A stretch of 64,000 nt of DNA from the NCBI GenBank assembly GCA_030066595.1, contig JASJBI010000023.1, positions 85,717 through 149,716 of the forward strand, given 5' to 3'. Within the stretch, counting starts at the first letter, position 1. Each line of letters opens with the position of its first letter. This document shows, piece after piece, positions 9,048 to 17,394 of the stretch. The position numbers and the translations under genes were made by a program. Under the pieces are notes generated by a model. The model was not told where the DNA came from. It saw only the letters and a list, made by a program, of their open reading frames with translations, and made no database searches. The stretch is from Alphaproteobacteria bacterium (GTDB lineage: Bacteria; Pseudomonadota; Alphaproteobacteria; JAJFFI01).

Positions 9048-10016
9048 TCACGCCGGGACGCGGCGCTCCTCGCGCGGGGTGCGGCCGAAGTGCTCGCGGT
9101 AGCATTTCGAGAAGTGAGAGGCCGAGACGAAGCCGCAGGCCACCGCTACGCTGAGCACGGAAAGCGACGTCTGCATAAGGAGTTGCCGGGCGTGATTGAG
9201 ACGCAACTCCAAGTAATAGCGGGTCGGCGTGCGATGCAGGTATTTCTGAAACAGGCGCTCGAGCTGGCGCGTCGAGAGATCGACCTGCTGGGCCAGCGCG
9301 CGCTGGCTGAGCGGCTGCTCGATGTTCTGCTCCATGAGCCCGATCACCTCCAAGAGCTTGGGGTGGGCGATGCCGAGCCGCTGGCGCAGGTTCATGCGCT
9401 GGTGGTCGTGCTGGTCGCGCATGCGCTGGTAGATGAGCTCGTCGGAGACCGCGGCAGCCAGCTCGTAACCGTTCTGCACGGCGATCATCTTGAGCATCAA
9501 GTCGAGCGCCGCCGTGCCCCCCGAGCAGGTGAACCGGTTGCGGTCGATCTCGAAGATGTCCGAGGTGACGTCCAGATGGGGAAACTCCTCGGCAAAGCCG
9601 GGCAGGTTCTCCCAGTGGATGGTGCAGCGATAGCCGTCCAAAAGCCCGGCCCGGGCCAACAGATGGCTCGCCGTGCAGAGCGCGCCGATGTCGGCGCCGC
9701 GCGCCGCCAGGCGACGCAGCCAGGCGAACAGCTTGGCATCCTCCTGGCCCTGGACGTCGATGCCGCTGCACACCGCCACCGTGGGCACGAAGTCCACATT
9801 GCCCACCGCCTCGTCGGCGACCACGTCGACATGGCAGGAGGCGGTGACCGGCAGGCCGTCCATGGACAGCACCTGCCACTCGTAGAGCGGCTTGCCGCTG
9901 ACCCAGTTGGCCAGGCGCAACGGCTCCACCGCCGCCGTAAAGGCGGACATGGAGAATTTCGGCACCAGCACAAAGGCGATGCTCTCCGTCTTGTGGCTCT
10001 TCGTCGCCCCGAACAT
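9048..10016 (-). CDS. AraC-family transcriptional regulator with DJ-1/PfpI-like N-domain (GlxA-type)
   Basis: N-terminal DJ-1/PfpI-like region (GALCTASHLLARAGLLDGYRCTIHW) and C-terminal AraC HTH (...SVLSVAVACGFVSASHFSKCYREHFGRTP). Confidence 0.85.
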   Translation of the reverse strand: MFGATKSHKTESIAFVLVPKFSMSAFTAAVEPLRLANWVSGKPLYEWQVLSMDGLPVTASCHVDVVADEAVGNVDFVPTVAVCSGIDVQGQEDAKLFAWLRRLAARGADIGALCTASHLLARAGLLDGYRCTIHWENLPGFAEEFPHLDVTSDIFEIDRNRFTCSGGTAALDLMLKMIAVQNGYELAAAVSDELIYQRMRDQHDHQRMNLRQRLGIAHPKLLEVIGLMEQNIEQPLSQRALAQQVDLSTRQLERLFQKYLHRTPTRYYLELRLNHARQLLMQTSLSVLSVAVACGFVSASHFSKCYREHFGRTPREERRVPA

Positions 10017-10324
10017 GGCCGTTCCCTTGCCTCGCGATGCCGGCGAGTCGACGGGGATTCTAGCACAGTCATGTCGGATTTAGACAAGTAAAGCGGGCCC
10101 AACTCCCTGGTCTTTCTTGCCTCTCTCGGGCCAGGATTGCCGGGATGAGCGGCCCGCATCCCGACCGGCCGCCGCCATTCTCTGGTCAGAATCGAAATGT
10201 TGTTTCCGGGCCGGCGGGTCTATCATGTGTCGCCCAGCGCGGGATCCGAGCGCGGCGCCCGTAAGACGACTTGCGACCGCCGGCCGAGATTTGGCGCTGA
10301 CCGAGAGTGCATGAGTAGGAACAC

Positions 10325-10576
10325 ATGAAGCTCGTATTGGCCGTGTTTCTTGCCGTCGTCGCGGCTTCGGTCGTGACTTTCGTGCGGTATGAGAGCTTCA
10401 GCCCGTGCGTCTGGATGGAGCAGGATCTGGCTGAACAGTCCGGCCTGCCGGTGCTTGTCGTCCAGAGCCGGATCCGCGCAGGCTTTCTGATCGAGGGCGT
10501 GGTCGATCCCGATCCCTACGACTGCGTCCTTGCCTGGTGGCGATTCAGAGCGGAGGGGCTGCCCGAGGAGTCTTGA
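10325..10576 (+). CDS. small hypothetical protein with N-terminal TM/signal segment
   Basis: 83-aa ORF, MKLVLAVFLAVVAASVV hydrophobic start, purine-rich stretch before the ATG; no recognisable family. Confidence 0.3.
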   Translation: MKLVLAVFLAVVAASVVTFVRYESFSPCVWMEQDLAEQSGLPVLVVQSRIRAGFLIEGVVDPDPYDCVLAWWRFRAEGLPEES

Positions 10577-10690
10577 CCGGCGCACCCGGACCGACTGCCG
10601 CGAGACCGCCAGCGGACGCATCTCAGGCAGATCGCGAAAGGCCGCCCCTGATCCATTGCCGTCATCAGGTCGTGTCCAGGGCAACGGCAC

Positions 10691-12403
10691 ATGTCGGCTG
10701 GGAACGGTAGAGGGAGTCCCGCCGTCATGCGTCTCATTGCCTCGCTCGCGGCTCTCGTGGTCCCCACGCTGGCTGCGTTGGCGTTCTGGTGGTGGCAGGG
10801 CCGGCCGCTGGCGATCGTCGACCTGCCCGGCGGACGCCTCCAGTGTCTGTCCTACACGCCCTTCGAAGGGGATCAATCGCCGCTCGACAAGGACTACCGC
10901 GTTTCGGCCGAACGCATCCGCCGGGACATGGCTGCGCTGAAGCCCTACACGGACTGCCTTCGCACCTATTCCTCAATCGGCACCCAGGCCCAGGTGGTGC
11001 CGATCGCCCGGGAGCACGGCATGACGGTCATGGCCGGCGCCTGGATCAGCGGCGACGCCGAGACCGATGCCGAGGAGATCGACGGCGTGCTGCGCCTCGC
11101 CGCGGCCTATCCGGACACCGTCAGCACGGTCATCGTCGGCAACGAGGTCTTGCTGCGACGGGAAATGCCCGGAGACGCGCTTGCCGATCTGATCCGCTCG
11201 GTCAAGGCGCGCACCAGCAAGCCCGTCACCTACGCCGACATCTACGAGTTTTGGCGCCGCAATCCCCAAGTGGCGGCGTCCGTCGACCATCTGATGCTTC
11301 ATGTCCTGCCCTACTGGGACGACCCGCGGCCGGTCTCCATCGATCGGGTGCAGGACCACGTTCGGGGGATCGTCGCGCGGGCGCAGGCAACCTTTCCCGG
11401 CAAGACCATCGTCATCGGCGAGATCGGCTGGCCGAGCGCCGGCCGCACCCGGGGCGGGGCGGCGCCGGGCCGGGTCAATCAGGCGCGCTTCGTCCGCGAG
11501 TTCGCGGCGGGCGCCGCAAAGCTCGGTCTTCGCTACAACCTGATCGAGGCCATCGACCAGCCGTGGAAGAAGGGCGCGGAAGGGACCGTCGGCGGCTTCT
11601 GGGGCGTCCTCGACCGAAGCCGCGAGGCGAAGTTCCCGATGACCGGACCGGTCAGCGAATGGCCGCGCTGGCCGCTCGCCCTGGTCTTCGCGACGGTGCT
11701 CTCGGTCGCGACCGTGCTGGCCGGCTGCCGCGGCCGGCAGCGGTGCTCGATCCGCCAGATGCTCGCCCTGGCATTCCTGGGGCAAGTCCTGGGCGCGACC
11801 CTGGTGTTTCAGGCCGATCTCGTCGCGACGAGCAGCCGGAGCTGGCTGGGCTGGCTTGGCGGGGCGGCCATGGCGGCAACGTCGATCGCCGCCGCGGCGA
11901 CCGCCGTGCCCCTCATTCGCCGGGATGGCGGCGTCTGGGCCACGGTCCGTCCGGCCACGCAAAACGCGCTGCTGGCATGGCTTCGCCGCCCGCGGCTTGC
12001 CGCGCTGTCGCCGCCCCTATCGCTGGCGGCGCTGCAGGCCGCCGTGCTCGTGCCCGCGGCTATCGCCGCGATCGCGCTCGCCTTCGATCCGCGGCACCGG
12101 GACCTGCCGACGCCCTTCTATCTGATCCCGGCCCTGGCGTTCGGCGCACGCTGGCTGGCCGCGCGCAATGCCGGCACGCCGGCGCCGGACCGCCGCGAAG
12201 AAGCCTGGCTGGCGTTCGTGCTGGTGGCGGGCGGGCTGTTCTCGCTCGACGGCTGGCAGAATGTCGAGGCCATGGTCTGGACCTTGGTGGCGTGTGCGCT
12301 GGCGCTACCCTGGCTCGGCGCCTCGGCCCTCGAAGTCCGACGGCTGGTCGCGATCGTCGCCGCGCCGCGCCAGAGCGACGAGCGCGATGGCGGTCGCGGC
12401 TGA
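10691..12403 (+). CDS. glycoside hydrolase family 17 domain fused to polytopic membrane domain (NdvC-like beta-glucan synthesis/remodelling protein)
   Basis: GH17 hallmarks (IVGNEVL, catalytic-Glu region IGEIGWPSAG) in the N-terminal ~330 aa, followed by ~240 aa of hydrophobic TM helices; ~62 kDa as for NdvC. Confidence 0.7.
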   Translation: MSAGNGRGSPAVMRLIASLAALVVPTLAALAFWWWQGRPLAIVDLPGGRLQCLSYTPFEGDQSPLDKDYRVSAERIRRDMAALKPYTDCLRTYSSIGTQAQVVPIAREHGMTVMAGAWISGDAETDAEEIDGVLRLAAAYPDTVSTVIVGNEVLLRREMPGDALADLIRSVKARTSKPVTYADIYEFWRRNPQVAASVDHLMLHVLPYWDDPRPVSIDRVQDHVRGIVARAQATFPGKTIVIGEIGWPSAGRTRGGAAPGRVNQARFVREFAAGAAKLGLRYNLIEAIDQPWKKGAEGTVGGFWGVLDRSREAKFPMTGPVSEWPRWPLALVFATVLSVATVLAGCRGRQRCSIRQMLALAFLGQVLGATLVFQADLVATSSRSWLGWLGGAAMAATSIAAAATAVPLIRRDGGVWATVRPATQNALLAWLRRPRLAALSPPLSLAALQAAVLVPAAIAAIALAFDPRHRDLPTPFYLIPALAFGARWLAARNAGTPAPDRREEAWLAFVLVAGGLFSLDGWQNVEAMVWTLVACALALPWLGASALEVRRLVAIVAAPRQSDERDGGRG

Positions 12404-12778
12404 GGCCCAGGTGGCGTTGTAGAGGATGAGGCCAGCGCCGGCCGACGCCATGGCGACGACGCCAAGGGCGGCGGCACGGGCGGGCGCGCGTACCAGCAGG
12501 CACGCCAGGGCGAACGCGACGGCGGCCAATCCGAGACCGTTCCATTCGGTCACGACGATCAGCGCCGTGCGCAACGGGCACCAGACCGGCGCGCCGGCGG
12601 CGGCGCACAGAGCGCCCATCGCCTCGGGCTCGACGACGGCGTAGCGCGTGCCATACGCCAGCAGCACGAATGCCAAGAACACCAGGAGCGCCGGCAGCAC
12701 CGGCGCCCGGCGCCGGATGACGCCCATCGCAGAGATAGCCACCGAACGCGTCCTCATATCCCCATCGCGAAGCATCAA
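12305..12778 (-). CDS. hypothetical membrane protein
   Basis: 157-aa hydrophobic ORF; overlaps the GH17 gene 3' end by 99 nt (convergent), so one of the two calls may be wrong at that end. Confidence 0.3.
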   Translation of the reverse strand: MMLRDGDMRTRSVAISAMGVIRRRAPVLPALLVFLAFVLLAYGTRYAVVEPEAMGALCAAAGAPVWCPLRTALIVVTEWNGLGLAAVAFALACLLVRAPARAAALGVVAMASAGAGLILYNATWASAATAIALVALARRGDDRDQPSDFEGRGAEPG

Positions 12779-12919
12779 TCTAGCGCACGATCCGAGCCTA
12801 TGGTGACAGTTCTGCCGCAGTTTGGTCGGGCATCCGCCCCAAACCGCAGCAGAATTGAGTCCATAGGGCCGGAAAATGCTCTAGCCTAGGGTGGTCGCTC
12901 CCGAGAACAGGAATCCCCG

Positions 12920-13132
12920 GTGTCCAACGGCAATGTCCAGACCCAGCGCGATCCGAGCGGCGGCGGCCCCGCCGTCCCGGACGGCACGAATGACGACGAA
13001 CGGGGGCGTGGCGCCAAAACCGCGCTGATCGTCTATCTCTGTCTCGTGGGCATCCTGCTGCTCGGCATGCTGACCTTCATCGGGCTCTTCCTGCACGCCA
13101 TCGCCACCTACCAGGACTGGATCCCCGTCTGA
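12920..13132 (+). CDS. small hypothetical membrane protein
   Basis: 70 aa, GTG start preceded by AGGAA, single TM segment (LIVYLCLVGILLLGMLTFIGLFL). Confidence 0.3.
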   Translation: MSNGNVQTQRDPSGGGPAVPDGTNDDERGRGAKTALIVYLCLVGILLLGMLTFIGLFLHAIATYQDWIPV

Positions 13133-13228
13133 ACGACCTCGAGGCGCTGGCGCCAGGCCGTCTGGTCGCCCGCGGCGCCCGCGCTATAGTGCCGCCCGCA
13201 GTTTCAGCGCTCGGAGCAAGGCCCCGAC

Positions 13229-14473
13229 ATGGCAGACGACGTCAAGATCACGGAGCCGGCCGCCGCGCTCGCCATCGCCGAGCGGCTCGCGACGCTCGCC
13301 CTGGCCGGCGCGTCGGAAAGCGATCTCCTCGACGCGATGTGCGACGGGCTGGTCGCGGCGGGCGTGCCAGTGCGGCGGGTGCTGGTCGGCGTCGATCTCT
13401 TGCACCCCAAGCTCTGCGCCGAGAACGTGGTCTGGCGCCACGGCGCGGGCGCCGAGCGCACCCACTATCTGCGCGAGGACCTCGAGGAGACGGATGCGCA
13501 ATGGCGGCAAAGCCCCTTCTACCCCATGTCCGAGGCCGGCGAGACGCGCTTCCGCCAGCGCCTCGACGGCTCGGAGGATCCCGACCGCTTCCCGGTCTTC
13601 GCCGACCTGCGCGCGGCCGGCATGACGGACTACTTGGCCTACATCAGCACTCTGGGCGAGAACGCCACCATCGGCGAGATGGACAGCGTCTATTCGTCTT
13701 GGAGCACGGACCGCGCGGGCGGGTTTGAGGCCGCCGACATCGCCACCCTGGAGGCGCTGCTGCCGGTCTTCGTGCTGGCCTTCAAGTCCGCCCTGGTCGA
13801 CTGGATGGGGGAGTCCCTGATGGAGACCTATCTCGGGCGGGACGCGAGCCGGCGGGTGCTGCGCGGCGCCATCGACCGGGGCGCGGCCCGCTCGATCCGG
13901 GCTGTGATCTGGTACAGCGATCTCGAGGGCTCGACCCGCATCGCCGACACCGAGCCCCGCGACCGGCTGATGGCGCTCTTGAACGACTACGCCGAATGCG
14001 TCGTCGACGCGATCGACGCCCATGACGGCCAGGTGCTCAAATTCATGGGCGACGGCATCCTCGCGATCTTCGAGTTGGACGACGATCCGGAACAGGCCTG
14101 CGGCCGGGCGCTCCTGGCCGCGGGCGGCGCCTTGGCTACGGTGGCCGACCTCAACGCCCGGCGCCTGGCCGAGGGCCTGCCCACCACCCGGGTCAATCTG
14201 GCGCTGCATCTGGGCGACGTTCTGTACGGCAACATCGGCAGCCAGGACCGGCTCGATTTCACCGTGGTCGGCCCGGCGGTCAACGAGGCGAGCCGGATCG
14301 AGGCCATGTGCCGCGGGCTCGAGCAGGACGTGATCGTCTCGGCCGCGTTCGCCGCGGCCGCCGGGCGCATCGGCGGCCGCCTGGTCTCCCTCGGCCGCTA
14401 CGCGCTCCGCGGCGTGCGCCAGCCGCAGGAGCTCTTCACGCTGGATCCGGAGGCGCGGGCGACGGGGGACTGA
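13229..14473 (+). CDS. class III adenylate/guanylate cyclase with N-terminal sensor-like domain
   Basis: C-terminal CHD cyclase domain motifs (WYSDLEGSTRIA, KFMGDGILAIF, VNEASRIE); N-terminal ~200 aa of unknown sensor type. Confidence 0.8.
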   Translation: MADDVKITEPAAALAIAERLATLALAGASESDLLDAMCDGLVAAGVPVRRVLVGVDLLHPKLCAENVVWRHGAGAERTHYLREDLEETDAQWRQSPFYPMSEAGETRFRQRLDGSEDPDRFPVFADLRAAGMTDYLAYISTLGENATIGEMDSVYSSWSTDRAGGFEAADIATLEALLPVFVLAFKSALVDWMGESLMETYLGRDASRRVLRGAIDRGAARSIRAVIWYSDLEGSTRIADTEPRDRLMALLNDYAECVVDAIDAHDGQVLKFMGDGILAIFELDDDPEQACGRALLAAGGALATVADLNARRLAEGLPTTRVNLALHLGDVLYGNIGSQDRLDFTVVGPAVNEASRIEAMCRGLEQDVIVSAAFAAAAGRIGGRLVSLGRYALRGVRQPQELFTLDPEARATGD

Positions 14474-14490
14474 TCTCCCCATGAGATCAG
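14472..14490 (+). terminator. weak hairpin immediately after cyclase stop codon
   Basis: TGATCTC-CCCAT-GAGATCA, 7-bp stem; lies just before REP-like locus 1. Confidence 0.25.
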
Positions 14491-14521
14491 CGAGCCCATT
14501 GCAGTCGACACCAGTAGTCGG

Positions 14522-14622
14522 CCCTCATACTTCGACAAGCTCATCCTTCGAGACGCCGCCTTCATCCTGAGGAGGCCTACAAGGCCGTCTCGAAGGAGAA
14601 GGCGGCTCCTCAGGATGAAGTG
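14522..14622. repeat. REP/RIME-like palindromic intergenic mosaic element (locus 1)
   Basis: Shares the core (rc) ATGAGCTTGTCGAAGTATGAG and arms CCTTCGAGACG / GCCTTCATCCTGAGGAG with their reverse complements CGTCTCGAAGG / CTCCTCAGGATGAAG; lies between convergent genes. Confidence 0.6.
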
Positions 14623-14716
14623 CGATAATCGAAGGACGAAGGGCGAGGCCCGCGTCGTCTCCTTCGCTCCGCAGTACGAGCAGGCCAGTACGATCTTACT
14701 TATTGGTCAATCAGTC

Positions 14717-17152
14717 CTAAGCCCTCAGCCGTTCGTTCTCCGGGTCGAACGGGGACTCCGGGATCACCGTGGCGCGGTGGCGGTCGCCCAGGATCTCGAT
14801 CTCGAGATCGGTGCCAAGCTCGGCCAGCTCCGGCCGCACCATGCCCAGCGCCAGGCTCTTGCCCAGCCGCCAGCCGTAGTTGCCGCTGGTGGCGCGGCCG
14901 ACCAGGGTGCCGTTCTGGTAGATCGGCTCGTTGCCGCGGGCGTCCACGTCGCCGACGTCGTGCACCTCGAGCGTGACGAATGCATTTTGGAAGCCCCGCT
15001 GCTGCCACTCGACCAGGGCGTCGCGGCCGATGAACTGCTCCTTGTTCAGGCGCACGAACCGGTTCAGGCCGGATTCCAGCGCCGCGTACTCGATCGAGAG
15101 CTCCCGCGGGATCAGCCGGTAGGACTTCTCGACGCGCAGGCTGTCCATGGCGCGGATGCCGAAGGGTTGCAGATCGAATTCCGCGCCCGCGTCGAACAGG
15201 AGGTCGTAGATGTAGTTCTGCATCTCGATCGGATGATGCAGCTCCCAGCCCAGCTCGCCGACGAAATTGACGCGCAGCGCGTGGGCCTGGGCGCAGCCCA
15301 CATTGACGAACTGGCCCGAGAGCCACGGGAAGGTCTCGGTCGAGAGGTCCGTGTCCGTGACCTTCTGCAAGAGATCCCGTGAATGCGGCCCGGCCACGAC
15401 CAGCACGCCGTACTGGCTCGTCACCTTCTGCAGCCGGACGCTGCCGTCCGGGGGCAAGAGCTTGGTCAGATAGTCGTCGTCGTGCCGCTCCATGGCGCCG
15501 GCCGAGACCAGGTAGAACCGGTCCGGGGCCTGGCGGTAGATGGTGAACTCCGAACGCACGCCGCCGTTGCCCGACAACATGTGGCAGAGGCCGATGCGCC
15601 CGACCGTCTGGGGCAGCCGGTTGGCCACGAGCCCGTCGAGCCAGGCCTCGGCCCCCGGCCCGCTCACCTGGAACTTGGAGAAGGCGGACATGTCCAGGAG
15701 CCCGACCTTCTCGTGCACGTGCCGGCACTCGTTGCCGACATGCTCGAAATAGTTGGTGCGGCGGAAGGACCAGACATCCTTGGGCTCGACGCCTTCGGGC
15801 GCGAACCAGTTGGGGCGCTCCCAGCCGTACACCTGGCCGAACACGGCGCCGCGCGCCTTCATGCGGTCGTAGCAGGGGGTCTGCTTCAAGGGGCGCGCGG
15901 CCGGGCGCTCCTCGTCCGGGAAGTGGATGGTGAAGACGTTCGCATACGCCTCCTCGTTCTTCTCCTTGAGGTAGCCGCGCGAGGCATAGGGGCCGAACCG
16001 CCGCGGGTCGACGCCCATCATGTCGATGGTCGATTCACCCTCGACGATCCACTCGGCGAGCTGCCAGCCCGCACCGCCCGCCGCCGTGATGCCGAAGCTG
16101 TGGCCCTCGTTGAGCCAGAAGTTGGGCAGATCCCAGGCCGGGCCGATGATCGGCGAGCCGTCCGGCGTGTAGCAGATGGCGCCGTTGTAGACCTCCTTGA
16201 CGCCGACCTCGCCGAAGGCCGGCACCCGGAAGATCGCCGACTCGATATGCGGCTCCAGCCGGTCGAGATCCTCCTGGAACAGCTCGTATTCGGCGTTTTC
16301 GCTGGGGCCGTCCACATAGCAGCAGGGCGCGCCGATCTCGTAGGGGCCGAGCAAGAGGCCGCCGGCCTCCTCGCGCATGTACCAGGACGCGTTCGAGTCC
16401 CTGAGCACGCCCATCTCCGCCAAGCCCTGCTCGTGCCGGGCCTGGATCTCGGGGTGGGGCTCGGTGACGATGAACTGGTGCTCGACCGGGATCACCGGGA
16501 TCTCGAGCCCGACCATGGCGCCGGTCTGGCGGCAGAAGTTGCCGCTGGCCGAGACCACGTGCTCGCAGGTGATGTCGCCCTTGTCCGTCTGAACCCGCCA
16601 TTCGCCCGCGGCCGTGCGCTCGATACCGGTCACCGTGGTCTGGCGGTAGATCTCGGCGCCGCCGGTCCGCGCGCCTTTGGCCAATGCCTGGGTCAGATCG
16701 GCGGGCTGGATGTAGCCGTCCTCGGGATGCTGGATCGCGCCGATCAGCCCCTCGGTGTTGCAGAGCGGCCAGATCTCCTTGACCTGTTCGGGGGTGAGAT
16801 GGCGCACGTCGACGCCGATCGTCTTGGCCACGCCGACATAGTAGTTGTACTCGTCCATGCGCTCCGGGGACGAGGCGAGGCGGATGTTCGAGACCCGGCG
16901 CAGGCCCACGTCCTGGCCGGTCTCCTCCTCGAGCTTCCCGTAGAGCGCCACCGAGTATTTGTGGATCTGGCCGACGCTGTAGCTCATGTTGAAGAGCGGC
17001 AGGAGCCCGGCCGCATGCCAGGTGGAGCCCGAGGTGAGCTCCTTGCGCTCGACCAGCACCACGTCCGACCAGCCCTTCTTGACGAGGTGATAGAGCGTCG
17101 ACACGCCGACGACGCCGCCGCCGATCACCACCACGCGCGCGTGTGATTTCAT
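14717..17152 (-). CDS. dimethylglycine/sarcosine dehydrogenase-family oxidoreductase (FAD-dependent oxidase domain + GcvT-type folate-binding C-domain)
   Basis: 811 aa; N-terminal dinucleotide fold VVVIGGGVVGVSTLYHL, C-terminal aminomethyltransferase-fold region; length matches dimethylglycine dehydrogenase. Confidence 0.85.
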   Translation of the reverse strand: MKSHARVVVIGGGVVGVSTLYHLVKKGWSDVVLVERKELTSGSTWHAAGLLPLFNMSYSVGQIHKYSVALYGKLEEETGQDVGLRRVSNIRLASSPERMDEYNYYVGVAKTIGVDVRHLTPEQVKEIWPLCNTEGLIGAIQHPEDGYIQPADLTQALAKGARTGGAEIYRQTTVTGIERTAAGEWRVQTDKGDITCEHVVSASGNFCRQTGAMVGLEIPVIPVEHQFIVTEPHPEIQARHEQGLAEMGVLRDSNASWYMREEAGGLLLGPYEIGAPCCYVDGPSENAEYELFQEDLDRLEPHIESAIFRVPAFGEVGVKEVYNGAICYTPDGSPIIGPAWDLPNFWLNEGHSFGITAAGGAGWQLAEWIVEGESTIDMMGVDPRRFGPYASRGYLKEKNEEAYANVFTIHFPDEERPAARPLKQTPCYDRMKARGAVFGQVYGWERPNWFAPEGVEPKDVWSFRRTNYFEHVGNECRHVHEKVGLLDMSAFSKFQVSGPGAEAWLDGLVANRLPQTVGRIGLCHMLSGNGGVRSEFTIYRQAPDRFYLVSAGAMERHDDDYLTKLLPPDGSVRLQKVTSQYGVLVVAGPHSRDLLQKVTDTDLSTETFPWLSGQFVNVGCAQAHALRVNFVGELGWELHHPIEMQNYIYDLLFDAGAEFDLQPFGIRAMDSLRVEKSYRLIPRELSIEYAALESGLNRFVRLNKEQFIGRDALVEWQQRGFQNAFVTLEVHDVGDVDARGNEPIYQNGTLVGRATSGNYGWRLGKSLALGMVRPELAELGTDLEIEILGDRHRATVIPESPFDPENERLRA

Positions 17153-17289
17153 GGCTTCCTCCGCTCGGGCAAACGCCCTGCCCCGGCCGCCGACGGCCGA
17201 GTACGTTCGCTCTCCCTAAACCACCCCGGGCGTAGGCAAGCGCTGTTTTGCGACACCCGTCATTGCGAATGCGACAGCATGCGGGCTAC

Positions 17290-17334
17290 CGCGGGGTCTA
17301 GGCGAACTCATAGACCATTTCCTCGACCTGCCGC
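17290..17334. repeat. 45-bp imperfect direct repeat, copy A (intergenic, upstream of acyl-CoA synthetase)
   Basis: 40/45 identical to 20969..21013 in the same orientation. Confidence 0.7.
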
Positions 17335-17394
17335 CATGGTCCGGGGAATGGCGCGGGTGGTCGCGGAGCGACCCCGGAGCCGACCGGCCACATC

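Noticed and set aside
12305-12403. 99-nt convergent overlap between the GH17 gene and the minus-strand membrane ORF
   Set aside because: It cannot be resolved from sequence alone. I kept both, with low confidence on the minus-strand ORF, rather than truncating either.
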